Numbered from the stretch's first letter, positions 14,046 through 27,195 are shown. The stretch is DNA of 64,000 nt from the human T2T-CHM13v2.0 reference genome, Homo sapiens (GCF_009914755.1 NC_060930.1), one strand, 5' to 3'. Numbers and translations: made by a program. Notes: a model not told the origin generated them from the letters alone.

Positions 14046-14155
14046 TAGGAGGAAGAGGTGGGAGCCGAGGGAAGGAGAGGAAAGTGGGCACCCTAGCACT
14101 AGGAGGAAGAGGTGGGAGCCGGGGGAAGGAGAGGAAAGTGGGCACCCTAGCACTA
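14046..14155. repeat. 54-bp tandem duplication (2 copies, 1 mismatch)
   Basis: taggaggaagaggtgggagccg(a/g)gggaaggagaggaaagtgggcaccctagcac x2. Confidence 0.95.
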
Positions 14156-14440
14156 TCAGTAGGTCACAGAGGTGCAGCGAGATTTATGAAATGTTTGTGG
14201 GTAGGAAGAGTCCCTAAAAGTTGATTTGTGAAGCTAGAGGACTATTGCTTATTGAGGTTTGATGCTCAGTGTGAATGTGAACGGTCGTGGTAAGGAGTTG
14301 GGGCTGCAGGGAGGAGCCCAGCCAAACACTCCAAGAGCTGCCTCTAAGGGCAGGGGACAGACGTTGTCTCGGGTCTGGAAAAGGGACTTGACTCCAGCTT
14401 GATCTTTAAAGAATGTGATGCTCAGAAGAAACCCAATTAA

Positions 14441-14951
<511 letters not shown>

Positions 14952-15126
14952 TGAAACAGTCATAATTGTTATCTACAGGATCAAGTCCATCTGACAAGTT
15001 ATAAAATGCCAGTCAGGACCCACTACATTTATTTTGTGATCCGTTCATGTTCGTGAACCGTGGTCTGAAAAACACACCCCTAGAGGAAGGAAACTTGTAT
15101 GAGGACGTGGTTTAAATGTTGTGTTG

Positions 15127-15490
15127 TGTGATGGTTAATTTTAGGTGTTCATTTGGCTAGGCCACAGTACCCAGACATCTGGTCAAACACTATTCTATAT
15201 GTTTCTGTGCAGGTGTTTTTTCATGGATTAATTTACATCAGGAGACTTTCAGCAAAGCAGAGTATCCTCCATGATGTGAGTGGGCCTCATCCCATCATTT
15301 GAAGTCCTTAAGGAAAAGACTGACCTTCCTTGAGCCAGAGGGAATGTTCCCAGCAGATGGTCTTTAGACTCAAAGACAACTTCCCTAAGTCCCCAGCCTG
15401 CCAGCTAAACCTGCACTGTGGGAACTTGCCAGCCCCACAATGGCATGAGCCAAGTCCTCAAACTATACTTCTCATCCTCTCTCGAATGTT
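15127..15490 (+). mobile_element. MLT2 (ERVL) LTR
   Basis: tgtgatggttaattttaggtgt...ggccacagtacccagacatctggtcaaacactattcta. Confidence 0.8.
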
Positions 15491-15561
15491 GAATTTTGTT
15501 ATGAAAAATACCTGGGTCACCTAGGATAGGATGCTAACATCTGTCCTTTCTAGACGGTGGT

Positions 15562-15720
15562 TGTAGTGGGTTGAATAGTGTCCCCCCGCAAAAAAAATAC
15601 ATCCACCCATAACCTGTGAATGTGATGATATTTGGAGTCTTTGCAGACATAATTAAGTTGGGGATTGGAGATGAGATCATCTTGGATCAGAGTGGACCCT
15701 AAATCCAATGACAAGTGCTT
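15562..15720 (+). mobile_element. MLT1 LTR 5' fragment
   Basis: tgtagtgggttgaatagtgtcccc...aacctgtgaatgtga...ctttgcagacataattaagtt. Confidence 0.75.
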
Positions 15721-17539
15721 ACCATCACAGACTCCAGTTTTGCTTCGAAAATTCTGAAACTATTCTAAAAAAATATGTTAATGTATTTGAGAGAAAATGA
15801 AGACACAACTTAAAGGTGTGATGACTCTATCTGACCTGCACAGCAGCTCTTAAGCAGCCCTTGTCCCTCTTGGGTAGAATAAATTTATACAGTAGAATGT
15901 ATACATTCTAGTTTATACATTAGAATATGGTCTTAGACCTTCCCGCCAGTCCTCTCACCCTCTCTCCCTCACTTTAGCAATGCTGGAAGCCAGGGGCTCC
16001 AGACGGCCCAGCTACAAGATGGAAGTGGCAAGGATCCCGCTCACCCGAGGAGAGTTGGCCTGGAGAGCTGCCTGACCCAGCCTTTAATGAGCAAGAGGTA
16101 AACTTTTCTTACGTCACTGAGACCTTGGGGTTTGTTTCCACAGCATGACCTGTTTTTCCTGACTCATACAAGCCCCTGGAAGCATCTGACTCACTAATCC
16201 ATTGACCTTCTCTAACATCAGCATTTACGGATCCTGCCATCAAAATTCTTCATTCATTATGAGGGCTCAGTCAGTTCTCCTTAGGATTATTAAACCATTA
16301 GTAAAAGTGCATTAAAATCAGCTTATAATCTCTTCCAGTGGGATTTCACAAATATCACTCCATAGCCAAATGGTTTACCGTTCTCTTCTGACTCAGAAAA
16401 GCATATTGTAATTAGAACACTTTTTGCACAATAATAAAAACAAAACAGCTTTCACAGGTTGCGCTGGATGTCAAACGTGGGTAAACCACTCAATTTTGAG
16501 CTCAGCTTGGCACAGGTTTATTTATTTACAGGCACTTCAAAAAGAAGGGGGTAGGCCACATCTACATAGCCCAGGGTGTGGAGTGTGGATGTGTCTGTCT
16601 GTTTGTTATGACTAAGTCTTGCTCAGTCCTAATTCTTCCTGGTCAAAAATTGTTATTTTTAAAAGACTCCTTGAACACAAAACCCTTCAGATGTGATGGA
16701 GATGTGGCCAAGGGAAGCAGGGAAGTGTGGTGATGTTGTGATGTGAATGCAGGCTCTGAGCCCAGATCCCAAATCCTGACACCCACCAGCAGCTGTGCAT
16801 GTTTGAACTTATGAACCCATTTCCGCAGGTGGAAAATGGGCGAGTAAGCTTACCCTCGGCCTTGTCAGGAACATGAGAAGGCCTCAGTAGGGAGCCTGGC
16901 TAGTCCTGCCCCCAGGCTTAGCGGCGGCTCTTCCTGAAGTCCTGCTGACCAGAAGGAACGTCACAAACATCTCCTGCCCACAGGTGAAGGAGGCCTGGGG
17001 AAGATGGAGGAGGCGGCCCATCTCTAGGCACCTTCCACGGAACACTGGCCCCCACACGCCAACCGTGCAACAGCCCCGTCCTGGCAGCTGATCCCTTAGC
17101 TGTCCGGGAATTCCAAGCACATCTTTGGAAGAGCTAGTTGGGTCCTTTCTGGGGGCATGGAAAGGAGGACCAAGGTCTTATCTGACTGAGGTGAGGAGCA
17201 GACACCACGGGGAGTAGGGAAAGAGAAAACTGCAGCCCAGAAGGCGCTTCCTTTACAGAATCCCGAGGCCAACTCAGGCAAATGTCAAGAGCAGGAAAAG
17301 CCACCAATTTCAATTCAATTAAATGCATAGGACCGACTTTCAAGAAGGAATAATCTGGGTATTGACAAGCTTGAATTCAAGTTAATGCAAGAGGGAGAGG
17401 TCTTGAAGGACATTCATTAAACTGTTCCTGGTTATCCCTGGACGGCGGCATTTGGGGTGATGTTCACGTTTATTTTACAAAAGCAATTAAGCTACTTTGA
17501 ATAAAGGAGGAAAAGGAAACATGAAAGAAGTACCCAAGT

Positions 17540-17700
17540 TCTGAGTCAGAGATCTGACTTCAAATCCCAATTCCACCACCACCAGCTGTGACCATGAGTG
17601 GTCCCAGCATTAATGAGGGCCTCAGTTTCTGCATCTGCGGAACGGGAATAACAGTATCTACCTCCTAGGATTATCAAAGCTTAAAGTGGATAATTTAGGA
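17540..17700. mobile_element. MIR
   Basis: gagtcagagatctg...tcaaatcccaattccacc...cctcagtttctgcatctg...gggaataacagtatctacctc. Confidence 0.65.
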
Positions 17701-19114
17701 TATGCCAAACATCTGGAATCGGGCTCAAAAAGTGGTAAAGAATTTTGAAGATATTTTTCTTTAACACTCCAAAACAACTTTCAGGGAAAGTCATTTTTCA
17801 TGGAAGGTGCTGACTTTATTGGAGACTGACCATCTCCTCATCACAGTCTACTCCAGAAAAATCAGAGGGAGGTGGGGAATGTTGTACCCAACTTTCTAAT
17901 GTCTCTAAGACGTGGGTGGCAAGGGTAGGCTGTTAGCACTCCAGAATAACGTTGCTATGCACCCATTCAGGGCTTAGCCTCACAGCCAAACTGAGATCCA
18001 GACCCCAGAGAAGCCGCGTGAATCAACAGCAACTCTGCAGCCCCCACCCCAGCCCTGGCGTCCCACTCACTGAGGCTCTGGCCAGGTGGCGGTGACTCAA
18101 ACCTTCTCCATTTTAACTTGGCATCTCAGAGCTTTTGGACAGAGTCCACAAATACATGAGACAAAAATAGGCCAGCATACCCTCCCTTGCCAGGCCCTCA
18201 TTGTTGAGGGATGAGATGAGGGCTGGGCAAGCGGTTACACAGCCGAAACCAGGGCCCTAGAACCCAGCTCCGCCAGCATGGGCGCCCCACAGCTCTGCCC
18301 ACAGCGTCTGCTCTTTATTCTTGGTTTCTCCTCTCCTTCTCTTCCACTTCCCATTCTTTGTGATCCATCTTTTTCCAAAAGTTGACAGGTTGGCTGGAGA
18401 CAATTCCCCCTGCCAGCTTTTCTGTCTTTTCCACCTTTAGTTTAAGTTGTCCATGAGGGCTGGTGATCCATTTTCGGTCCTCCATACCTTCCTGGGCAAT
18501 CCCTCTGGGCCCTCACACCTCCACGCCCTCCACCCTCCCAGCTCCTTCCTCCCGGGGCCTCGAGCTTTTCCCTTTTTTCATCCTCTGTGCACTGTTTCAC
18601 CCCGACATGTATGTTATTGTTTGACTGTGGCATCAGCCATTCTTGGAGACTTTTCCCAGGGCTTGCAATTTTGTAGCAGAGAGAGATTTTCTATCTAAAG
18701 CAAAATGCTGGTCTTGTTTAAATAAATAATAAGATAAAAGAATCAGGCACTGTAGGGGTATTTGGCCCACAGCCATCCTGTCTCAGCAGGGTCCTTTTCA
18801 TTGAGGGAAGCATTTTTCATATCCATAATTTGCCCCTTTCTCTAACCCAGGGTGCACGCTGCCGTGGCCCTTGGTGACAATGTCCCCTGTGGCCTTCCTC
18901 CAAAGCTTGCTCCAGCAAGCTCTGACATGGTGTCCTCCCTCCCCTTCTGGGCTGCGGCTTCTCCAACCTCCCCCAGCTCCTGCAGACAGAGGAGAAACAG
19001 CAAGTCACAAGATAAGACAAAGACCCTCTAGGCCAGGCCACTCCTCGCTGCCACTCTGGGACAGCAAGGCAAAACGCAGACGGCCCCAGCTCTGGACGCC
19101 TCTCCTCCTCTGGA

Positions 19115-19132
19115 CCCTAACCCTAACCCTAA
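19115..19132. repeat. (CCCTAA)3 telomere-type repeat
   Basis: ccctaaccctaaccctaa read directly. Confidence 0.85.
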
Positions 19133-19619
19133 GCCACTGGAACACTCACGGGAGAAAGCTGGACCTGCTTTGAGGCTCACCTCCCTGCATGCACATCCAT
19201 CCGGCTTCTCTCAAGAAGCAACCTGGTGTCTGAGAGCCGTTGAGTCTTCATCCCAGCTCTGGTATTTCTCTCATGTGGCCACATAACCTTGAATGTCTGA
19301 CCTTCAATTTCTTCATCTGTACAGTGGTGAAGATGATCCCCACTTTGCTAGGTTGTTGTGAGCATTACCTAAAAGAAAATAGGTGCTATGGCGGCATGTT
19401 TGTTGAGCTAGGAGGACTCGGAACAAAATTAGCTTCTGCACCGGCTGTGCTGGAGCCAGGCAGGCCGCTCCGGTGTGGCCCTGTTTTTCCTGGTTTGTGT
19501 CCCAGGAACCTGCCAACCCTCATTGTCCCGGATTTTCCCTTTGACTCCAAAAGCCGTGTCTTTCTTATCAAGCCTCTTTATTTTTGTTATTATCCCGTCA
19601 ACATACTCCCCTCTGATTC

Positions 19620-20300
19620 GCCCCCACTAATGACTCGCGCCCTTTCCAAAGTCCCAGCACACCGCGCTTATAATCTCTTTCAGCTGTCCTTAAAAAGGTT
19701 CTATTTGTCCCCTCCGCCCCGCTCAGGGGCGCCCGGACTCTGGGGCCCGGCCTTCGCGGGCTCCCGGGTTCCTCCCATCGCTTCCCTCACAGTCCTGGCC
19801 GCAGGGCAGCGGGTTTCGCACGGGAGGGAAGGTTTGGATGGCTAAGGCCCAGGGTTGGTCTTCCCTGTGTCTTTTATGGGAACACGTTCCTGCCTGCGCC
19901 CCACGGGACAGAGCCGTTTTCCCGCCCCGCCACGCCGCGCCCGCAGGCCCCGCTGCCCGCAGCCTCTTCCCGACGCCCCAGGCCGTGCGCCCCCCCGAAC
20001 CGGGCCCACCGCGTGCTGTGCGGGGCTTCCGCGCCTGCGCACGAACGCTTCTGCGAGCTTTCTCGGAAGCAGCTGGGGGGCGGGGAATCTGCTGAGGAAC
20101 GGCGCTTTATAAATCAAAAGATAATAATAACAGAGCTTACGGTGAGCACCGGAGGCTGGAAACGGGGTGGCATCCGCTCGGGGCGGGGCGGCGTCGCCAG
20201 CGAATGACAACACTGCCCCCTGGTGGCCGATGCGGCCAGGCCCGAGAGAGCGCAGGCCGGGTGCGAGCCAGGCTTCCTCACCACGCGGCTTCCCCACTCA
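19620..20300. promoter_or_regulatory. CpG island, probable bidirectional promoter
   Basis: Dense CpG and GC content, GC boxes (ccgccccgcc ~19921, ggggcgggg ~20077, gggcggggcgg ~20181), palindromic TTTATAAA at 20106-20113, splice donors on both strands. Confidence 0.85.
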
Positions 20301-21025
20301 TCCCATAGAAACCGTAACTGAGCAAATGACGGTAAGTCCCCAGGAAGCGTTAAGGCCAGGAAGCAGCACAGGAGAAAAACCCGAATCCCATTTTTTTAGA
20401 GTAGGGATTTATTTGTTGTCCCCAGATAGCAAGCTGAATTTCTGAATAGTTCAGAGCTCACAAAAGAAGCCAAGACCTTTCAGGGCATTTTATAATGTTG
20501 CTTTTTATAAACAAAATATTGAAACCACTACTATCACTGTCACTGGGGGATTACTGTTGAGCAGAAATGCTTGTGAAACTCCCAAAAGAAAGGGTCGTTT
20601 GTGCTTCTTTGGCATTAAGTAAAAATGTCCTGTTTGGTGTGTACACGTTTTCATATTTAATTATTCACACTGTGCACTTTATATATAAACTCAGCACTTA
20701 GGTTCTCTGTGAGCCAGAAACCTGGCTTCTGTGCTCATCCATAGACCCAGTGAGAGTGTAGAAGCCAAGCCTGGTGGAGCCTGTGTCTACCAGGGCATTG
20801 CAGTAAAGCTTCTACCACTCACTGTAAATACCTCCTATCGAGGCTGAGGAAAAGTTGTAGCATACTTGGAAATTGGGGTGGAGTATTGTCATCCAAAAAG
20901 GCATATTTCTTTTGGTGTTTTCCATACCCGGCTGTGTCATTGTGAAGCCTCAGCTCTCCCAATCTCCCCATAAACTGGAGGAATCCTAGTGTTTCCTGTC
21001 CTGCCACATTATGTGTGGGGAAGAT

Positions 21026-21295
<270 letters not shown>

Positions 21296-21829
21296 AGAAA
21301 GAGTCTTAAGATGGATTTTTAGTAAGTACTTCAAGCGGCTTTATGAAAGCTACCGTCAGTAAAGTAGAAAACTATATATGCACATATTTAGATATGGAGC
21401 TCCCACGGAGGAAGTGCTCTGACAGGTCAAATCTGCCCCCAAAATAAGTTGATAGAACTTCAAGGAAGCATGAAAGCGGCCTTGCTGTGCATTTCATTTT
21501 ATGGAGCGTAAGTGCCTAATAAATGAATGTGTGGGTCTGAAGAAAGTGATATTTTCTAATGAAGTTATAAGTGTCGCAGTCCGGAAAAGTAGAACCCAAA
21601 CAAACACAAAAAGGAGCGTGCAAGGCCCACGCCGCGCTGCACAGACTCTCCCCACCTGGTGAATGCTGACCTGGGGCCAGGCCACAGGCAGGGAGAGAAA
21701 GGTCGCCGGCATGAACACCAGGTGACCCCGTGAAGTGTGTGCTTCTGAGAGCAGGGGTCCCCCAAGTGAAGTGGGCGATGGCCTCCACCACCTTGAGAGC
21801 TCGTCATCCACTGTTTTTAACACTGCCTT

Positions 21830-22540
21830 CTGTTTTGCTTTAGTTCTGCTAAGATACACCTAACATAAAATGGACCCTCTTAACCTTTTTTAAGTGTGCA
21901 GTTCAATGGCATTAAGTACATTCACATTACTATGCAACCATCACCGTCATCCATCTCCGGGACTTTCTCCTCTTCCTAGATGGAAACTCTGGCCCCACTA
22001 CACACCAACTCCCCATCTTCTCTCCCCCGTTCCAGTTGCTGTCTTTGTGAATTTGACCACTAGGAACCTCACACAACGTTTATCCTTTTTATCACAGGAT
22101 TACTACACTTAGCAGGATGTCCCCCAGGCTCATGCACGTTGTAGCGTGTCAGGGTTTCCCTCCCTGTTAAGGTGAGTCGCGTTCCATCATACGCACCCAT
22201 CACGTCTTGCTTATCCATTGATCTGTCCATGGATCCATGGACGCTTGGGTTGTTTCCACCTTCTGCCTAATGTGAATAACACTTCTGTGAACACGGGTGT
22301 ACACGTAACTCCTTGAGACCCTGCTTTCGATTCCTTTGGATATATACCCGGAAGAGGATTGCTGGATAACGTGGTGATTCCGTTTAATTTTTGGAGGAGC
22401 CACTGTACAGATTTCCGCGCGGCCGCACAGCTTTTCCGTCCCACCCGCGGTTCCGAAGGGCCCACTTTCTCCACGTCCTCCCCAACGTTGTTGTTTCTGG
22501 ATTTTTGACAGAGGCCATCCTGATGAGTACGAGGTGGTAG
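21830..22540 (-). mobile_element. L1MB-like 3' region
   Basis: taacataaaatggacc...gttcaatggcattaagtacattcac...gattgctggat...ttttggaggagcc. Confidence 0.8.
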
Positions 22541-23080
22541 AGCTGCCTGCTTTTTGATTAATGTGACGATCACACCCTCTGCCTGGGAGTTTTACAGACT
22601 GGTGATGACTTTTTGTGGCATCTCAGGAAAGAACATAACTTCGTGGACGTCCTTAGTCAGAATCTACTCAGTGTATCTACTCAGTATAGGCTCACATGAG
22701 CCCTCACCTTCCCAGGGAGTCACAACCTCTACTATACTTCTTCTTTCTGCTCTGCCCCCCACAAACGGCCCTGCCAGCCCTCACCACCTAGAGGGAGATT
22801 GGGAGCCGGTAGAGGAAAGACACCCTGAATCCCCGAGGTCAAGCAAAGCCCTGGGGAGGCGCCGTGGGATCCCTGCCTCGGGCCTGCCTAGACAGTATGT
22901 GAATGAGTATCCCAGAGATTCTCCCCGCTGTGACCTCGAGGGCCAGCCTGCCTGTGTGGCCGTGAGCTGCTTTCTTCCCAGAGGAACTTGCTTGCGGCAG
23001 CAGGACTCCACAGCCTCAGGGGCAGCTTGGGTATGTGTGTGTTCCTGTGCCACGGTTATATGTCCGTTTGGGTGTGTGTG

Positions 23081-23084
<4 letters not shown>

Positions 23085-23128
<44 letters not shown>

Positions 23129-23130
23129 CG
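23085..23130. repeat. (TG)18 followed by a CG-rich alternating tract
   Basis: Read directly. Confidence 0.95.
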
Positions 23131-23294
23131 GGGGTGGGGGGTGTTTGGCAGGACCAATGTGTCTTGTATACTCAAGGGCGGATTCTTTCAAGCCAGCCTT
23201 CTTTCTGATGCTCTGCTCCCTGCGTTTCCACTCGTGCTGTGTGGCTGGTTAATATTTGTTTATCGTGTGCTTCCCATTAAAATGTCTTTAGGCC

Positions 23295-23585
23295 AGCCGG
23301 GTGTGGTGGCTCACGCCTGTAATCCCAGCACTTTGGGAGGTTGAGGTGGGCGGATCACGAGGTCAGGAGATCAAGACCATCCTGGCCAACATGGTGAAAC
23401 CCCGTCTCTATTGAAAATACAAAAATTAGCTGGGCATGATGGTGCGTGCTTGTAATCCCAGCTACTCGGGAGGCTGAGGCAAGAGAATCACTTGAACTCA
23501 GGAGACAGAGGTTGCCGTGAGCCAAGATTGCGCCACTGCACCCCAGCCTGGTGACAGAGTGAGTCTCCATCTAAAAAAAAAAAAA
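23295..23585 (+). mobile_element. AluS
   Basis: Full Alu, TSD approximately aaaat(g/t)tctttaggcc. Confidence 0.95.
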
Positions 23586-26429
23586 TTTCTTTAGGCCGTG
23601 GCAAAGTGGGGAGCTGCGTCCGTTGGGTGAAGGTCCAAATCACCTCCCCATCCCAAGGGGTCACTTCTCTAGAGGGAATATGACACACGCAAGAACCAAA
23701 ACCCCAGAGGAGCTGCCTGTCCAGCTTCAAGAAAGGTTCAGACAGATGTCCAAGGTGGTGGATGGAACTCCTTTTCCCCTTTTCCTCTCCTTGCAAAATC
23801 TAGCCACATCATGGCCCAACGATGGAGAAGAAGCTGAGAACTTGGCAAGGATCTCTTTTCCTCCAACTGTGGCCTTTCTGGCTAGGATGCCGGTTGGGCA
23901 CTCATTCCCAGCTCCACACGGCAGTGGCCTTGCTGCGTTCTGCCTTGCTCTTTTTCTGTCTACACTGCCCTCACCCTTTTTCTGTCTTCCATGTTCCTGC
24001 TGGGCCTCAATTTTTCTTGATCTGGCTCAGAGTCTTCAACCAGCCACATTTCCCAGTTCATCCGGGATCTTTTTTTCCTTCTCCAAACCTCTCTCTGCAT
24101 GGTTGGGCAGGTGGGAGGATCCTGGAGCTCTGGGTTTCCATACCTGTCGCCCACACAGACATTCCCTTGGTCTCCAGGGTTCAAGCAGACGGCGGCATGA
24201 CCCTATAGGATGAGCGGTAGCCAAGCGTGGCTGGCCTTTGCCTTCTAAGAAAGGTGGAGTTTCCTGGCATCTACAGTGCCTTCGCCACTCTTGAGGGATA
24301 TCCAGCCCCTCTGCTCCCGGGTGGGACTGCCTCCCAGCACTAAGTCTTCTGACTGCCACGGATTTCACTGAGCCAAGTGGACTGAGGGTTGGCCTGCTGC
24401 AGCTGAGGGTGTGTGTGCTGTCACCAGCATAGGGGTGGGAGTGGCTGGCACATCACAGGAACGTCTTGGGTCTTCTGGCAGGCATCCCTGAAGGTGGCTT
24501 GGACCCCAGTGTGGCCCTCTTGGGGTCCTCAGGTGTGCTTGGCCTTTCCTTCACTTTATTGGTGAGGGGGTCGTCAGTCTTGGAATGGCTCTATACCTCC
24601 TCGGAGACACACACTCACTCCACCTGCTAGCGAGCCTGGTCACAGCGCCTGCCTCCGCTGCCTGAGGGTGAGTTCCTGAGGATCAGCACAGCAGGAGCCT
24701 TCTGTGGCAGTGCCTCAGTGTCGTGCTGCTGTGGCCTGTTTTTTCCAGGGTGTCGCCGGGATGGTCCTGGGATCTTAGGAGTCGCAGAGGGCCGACCAGG
24801 ATGAACAAACGTCAATCAGAGCCCCAGTGATGCACTGCGGGATCCCTGTCTCAGTCCTGCCTAGGTGATGTGTGGATGAGTCTCCCCTGAGATCGTCCCA
24901 CTGTGACTTCAAGGGCTGGCCTGTCTGTATGGCCATGGGCTGCTCTCTTCCCAGAGGGGCTTCCTGGCAGCCGCAGAACCCCGCAGCCTCAGGGGCAGCC
25001 TGGGTGTGTGTGTGTTTTTATACCACGGTTGTATGTCCGTCTCTGTGTGTGTGTATATGTCTGTGTGCATGTGTGTGTGTTTGTGTGTTTGTGTGTGGGG
25101 GGTTGTGTGTTTGTCATGTCAGGCAGGACCAATGTCGCTTGTATACGCGAGGGCAGATTCTTGAAGGTCACGCTTCTTCCTGGTGCACAGCTTTCTGCGT
25201 TTCTGCTTCAGCTGTGTGGCTGGTTGGCATTTGTTGATCTTGCATGTCCTGTTTGGGTTTGTTTAGGCCTCGGCAAAGTGGGGAGCTGCCTCGGTCCAGC
25301 AGGGGTCCAGATCACCTCCTCATTTAGAGGGACCATGTCTCTAGAGAGATGACATGCCAAAAACGGAAACCTCACAGGAGCTTTTTGTCCACCTGCAAGC
25401 GAGGTGCAGACACGTTTGAGATGGTGGATGGACTTTTTTTTTTCTCTTTTCTCTCTTTCCAAAATCTGGACACACCATGGCCCAGTGATGGAGAAGAAGT
25501 CGAGGACCTGTCAAGGATCTTCTTTCTTAGGAGTGGCGGAGGGCTGACCAGTCTCAATAAAGCACAGGGGGAGCCCCTGTGACCCAGCGTCTGGGTGGCA
25601 GCCTGTGGACAATCTGCAGCTCATCTGGATCACGCAGCTCAGCTGAACTCACAGCCCGAGGTCCAGCACTGCCCAGGGGCTGGCAGCCGTCCTGCTTGGG
25701 TGGGGCTCTGCAGGATGGGCAACCACACGACGGTCTCCCTGGGAGCCTGGGAAAAGGGAGGATTCACAGATTACAAGGGGACAAGACCCTGTTGGACAAA
25801 AATGACCAAGTGGGAAGCTGCCTAGCTCTGACCAGGTCTGGGAACACACTGGGATTGGAAGTCATCTAAATATAGCCTGTTTATAGACTGCGATCTGACT
25901 TTCTCAGGCACTGTTTGTATGAGAGCTGGTAACTATAGCACAATTTTTCTAAACTGGTCATTTTCAACACTGACTTTTTATTTGCATTTGAAATGATTTT
26001 ATTATTGGCACCAGAGAACTAGAACCTCGGACTATTGCTGTGGCTGAAAGCTACGCACAGCTTTCCATGAAATCTTAATTTATCAGCCTGTTTGGGTGTT
26101 TGAACATTTAAAGCAAGCAAGATAAAAGAATCTGAAGGGATTGCTTCTTTTCACATCTTGTCATTCATCCGGCTTTGTTTTTAACTGCTCAGTTCAGTTC
26201 ACTGAAAGTCTGTATTAATGCTTCACCCATCCACAGAGGTGTAAATATGAATGACAGTGGGAGGAAGATAATCCCATAGTCTTGGGACAGTGGGGCATCC
26301 AAATACCTGCACGACAAAGGAGTAAAGAGACTTAGTAGGAAGTCCAAGTTACCCTTTTCCCCCTCACTGCAGGCATTCCCCAGGTTTCAGGAATCAACGC
26401 CTGCATTTGCTTTCATCCTTTCTCTTAGC

Positions 26430-26590
26430 CAGTGGTCCCCTCAACCACGGCTATCTCTGAGAATCCCCTGGGCAGATTTTCAAAGTTCCATGCCCAGCCA
26501 TGCCCAGGGTGCACCCCAGACTGGTCATCAGGTCCCGACCCTTGGGGTGGGTGTGCAAAAGCTCCCTAGTGGATTCTCAAGTTGTACTGG
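26430..26590. mobile_element. MER5-like DNA transposon relic
   Basis: cagtggtc...gaatcccctgggcagattttcaaa...aaagctccctagtggattct. Confidence 0.5.
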
Positions 26591-27009
26591 GTGGAGACAG
26601 CCGCCTAGCAGGCCATAGTACACGGAGCTCCAGGGTGAATGTAACCATGCAGATAGGGAACAAAAGCAACGAACATTTTAAAAGAAAATAATGGAGCAAA
26701 GATTCTTTGACTTTGGGCAGTGACTAGTGGATTTCTGAGAGAGTCGTGATATTTTAGGCAGTTCTAAAGTAAAAGCACAGAATATAACCACAAAGACCTG
26801 AAAGCCAAAACCGAGAGGAGAGTCTTCTGAAGCCTTTCCGGCCATCTGGTTTCCTCCTCAACACTCAGTGCCCATGAACTTTCCTCCTCCATCCTCGTTA
26901 AGTACTGCTCTCCATGTATGAATGTAGTTAATTCACCCCAAAGAGTAAATCACCACTGAGAACCAAAGTGATATGTTTTCTGGAATGTTCACACATGACC
27001 CCTCCTCTC

Positions 27010-27195
27010 CACACTCATCAATACACATGCACACACCACACACACGCACAAACACACAGATGTAGACCCACGTCCCCACACATGCTTGCACTCATACACA
27101 CAAGGGTGCACGCACGCATCCACATGTACACCATGCACACATGCATGCACACACACAGACAGGCACACACACACACACACGCACGCACAAACATG
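27010..27195. repeat. Degenerate (CA)n-rich simple repeat
   Basis: cacacatgcacacaccacacacacgcac... read directly. Confidence 0.9.

Larger units (their letters stand above)
22790..25525 (+). repeat. Diverged direct duplication: copy A ~22790-23860 (Alu-interrupted), copy B ~24765-25525
   Basis: Collinear shared blocks: gggatccctg, ctgtgac, cagcctcaggggcagc, (TG)n, ggcaggaccaatgt, ttaggcc..ggcaaagtggggagctgc, ggtggatgga, catggccca..gatggagaagaag, caaggatct. Confidence 0.9.

Noticed and set aside
19240-20445. Cluster of overlapping long ORFs (up to 201 aa)
   Set aside because: Expected in GC-rich CpG-island DNA with few stop codons. The first begins in a MIR and none has a recognisable domain.
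22554-23252. 232-aa ORF, the longest in the track
   Set aside because: It runs through a (TG)n tract giving CVCV repeats and shows no homology I recognise.
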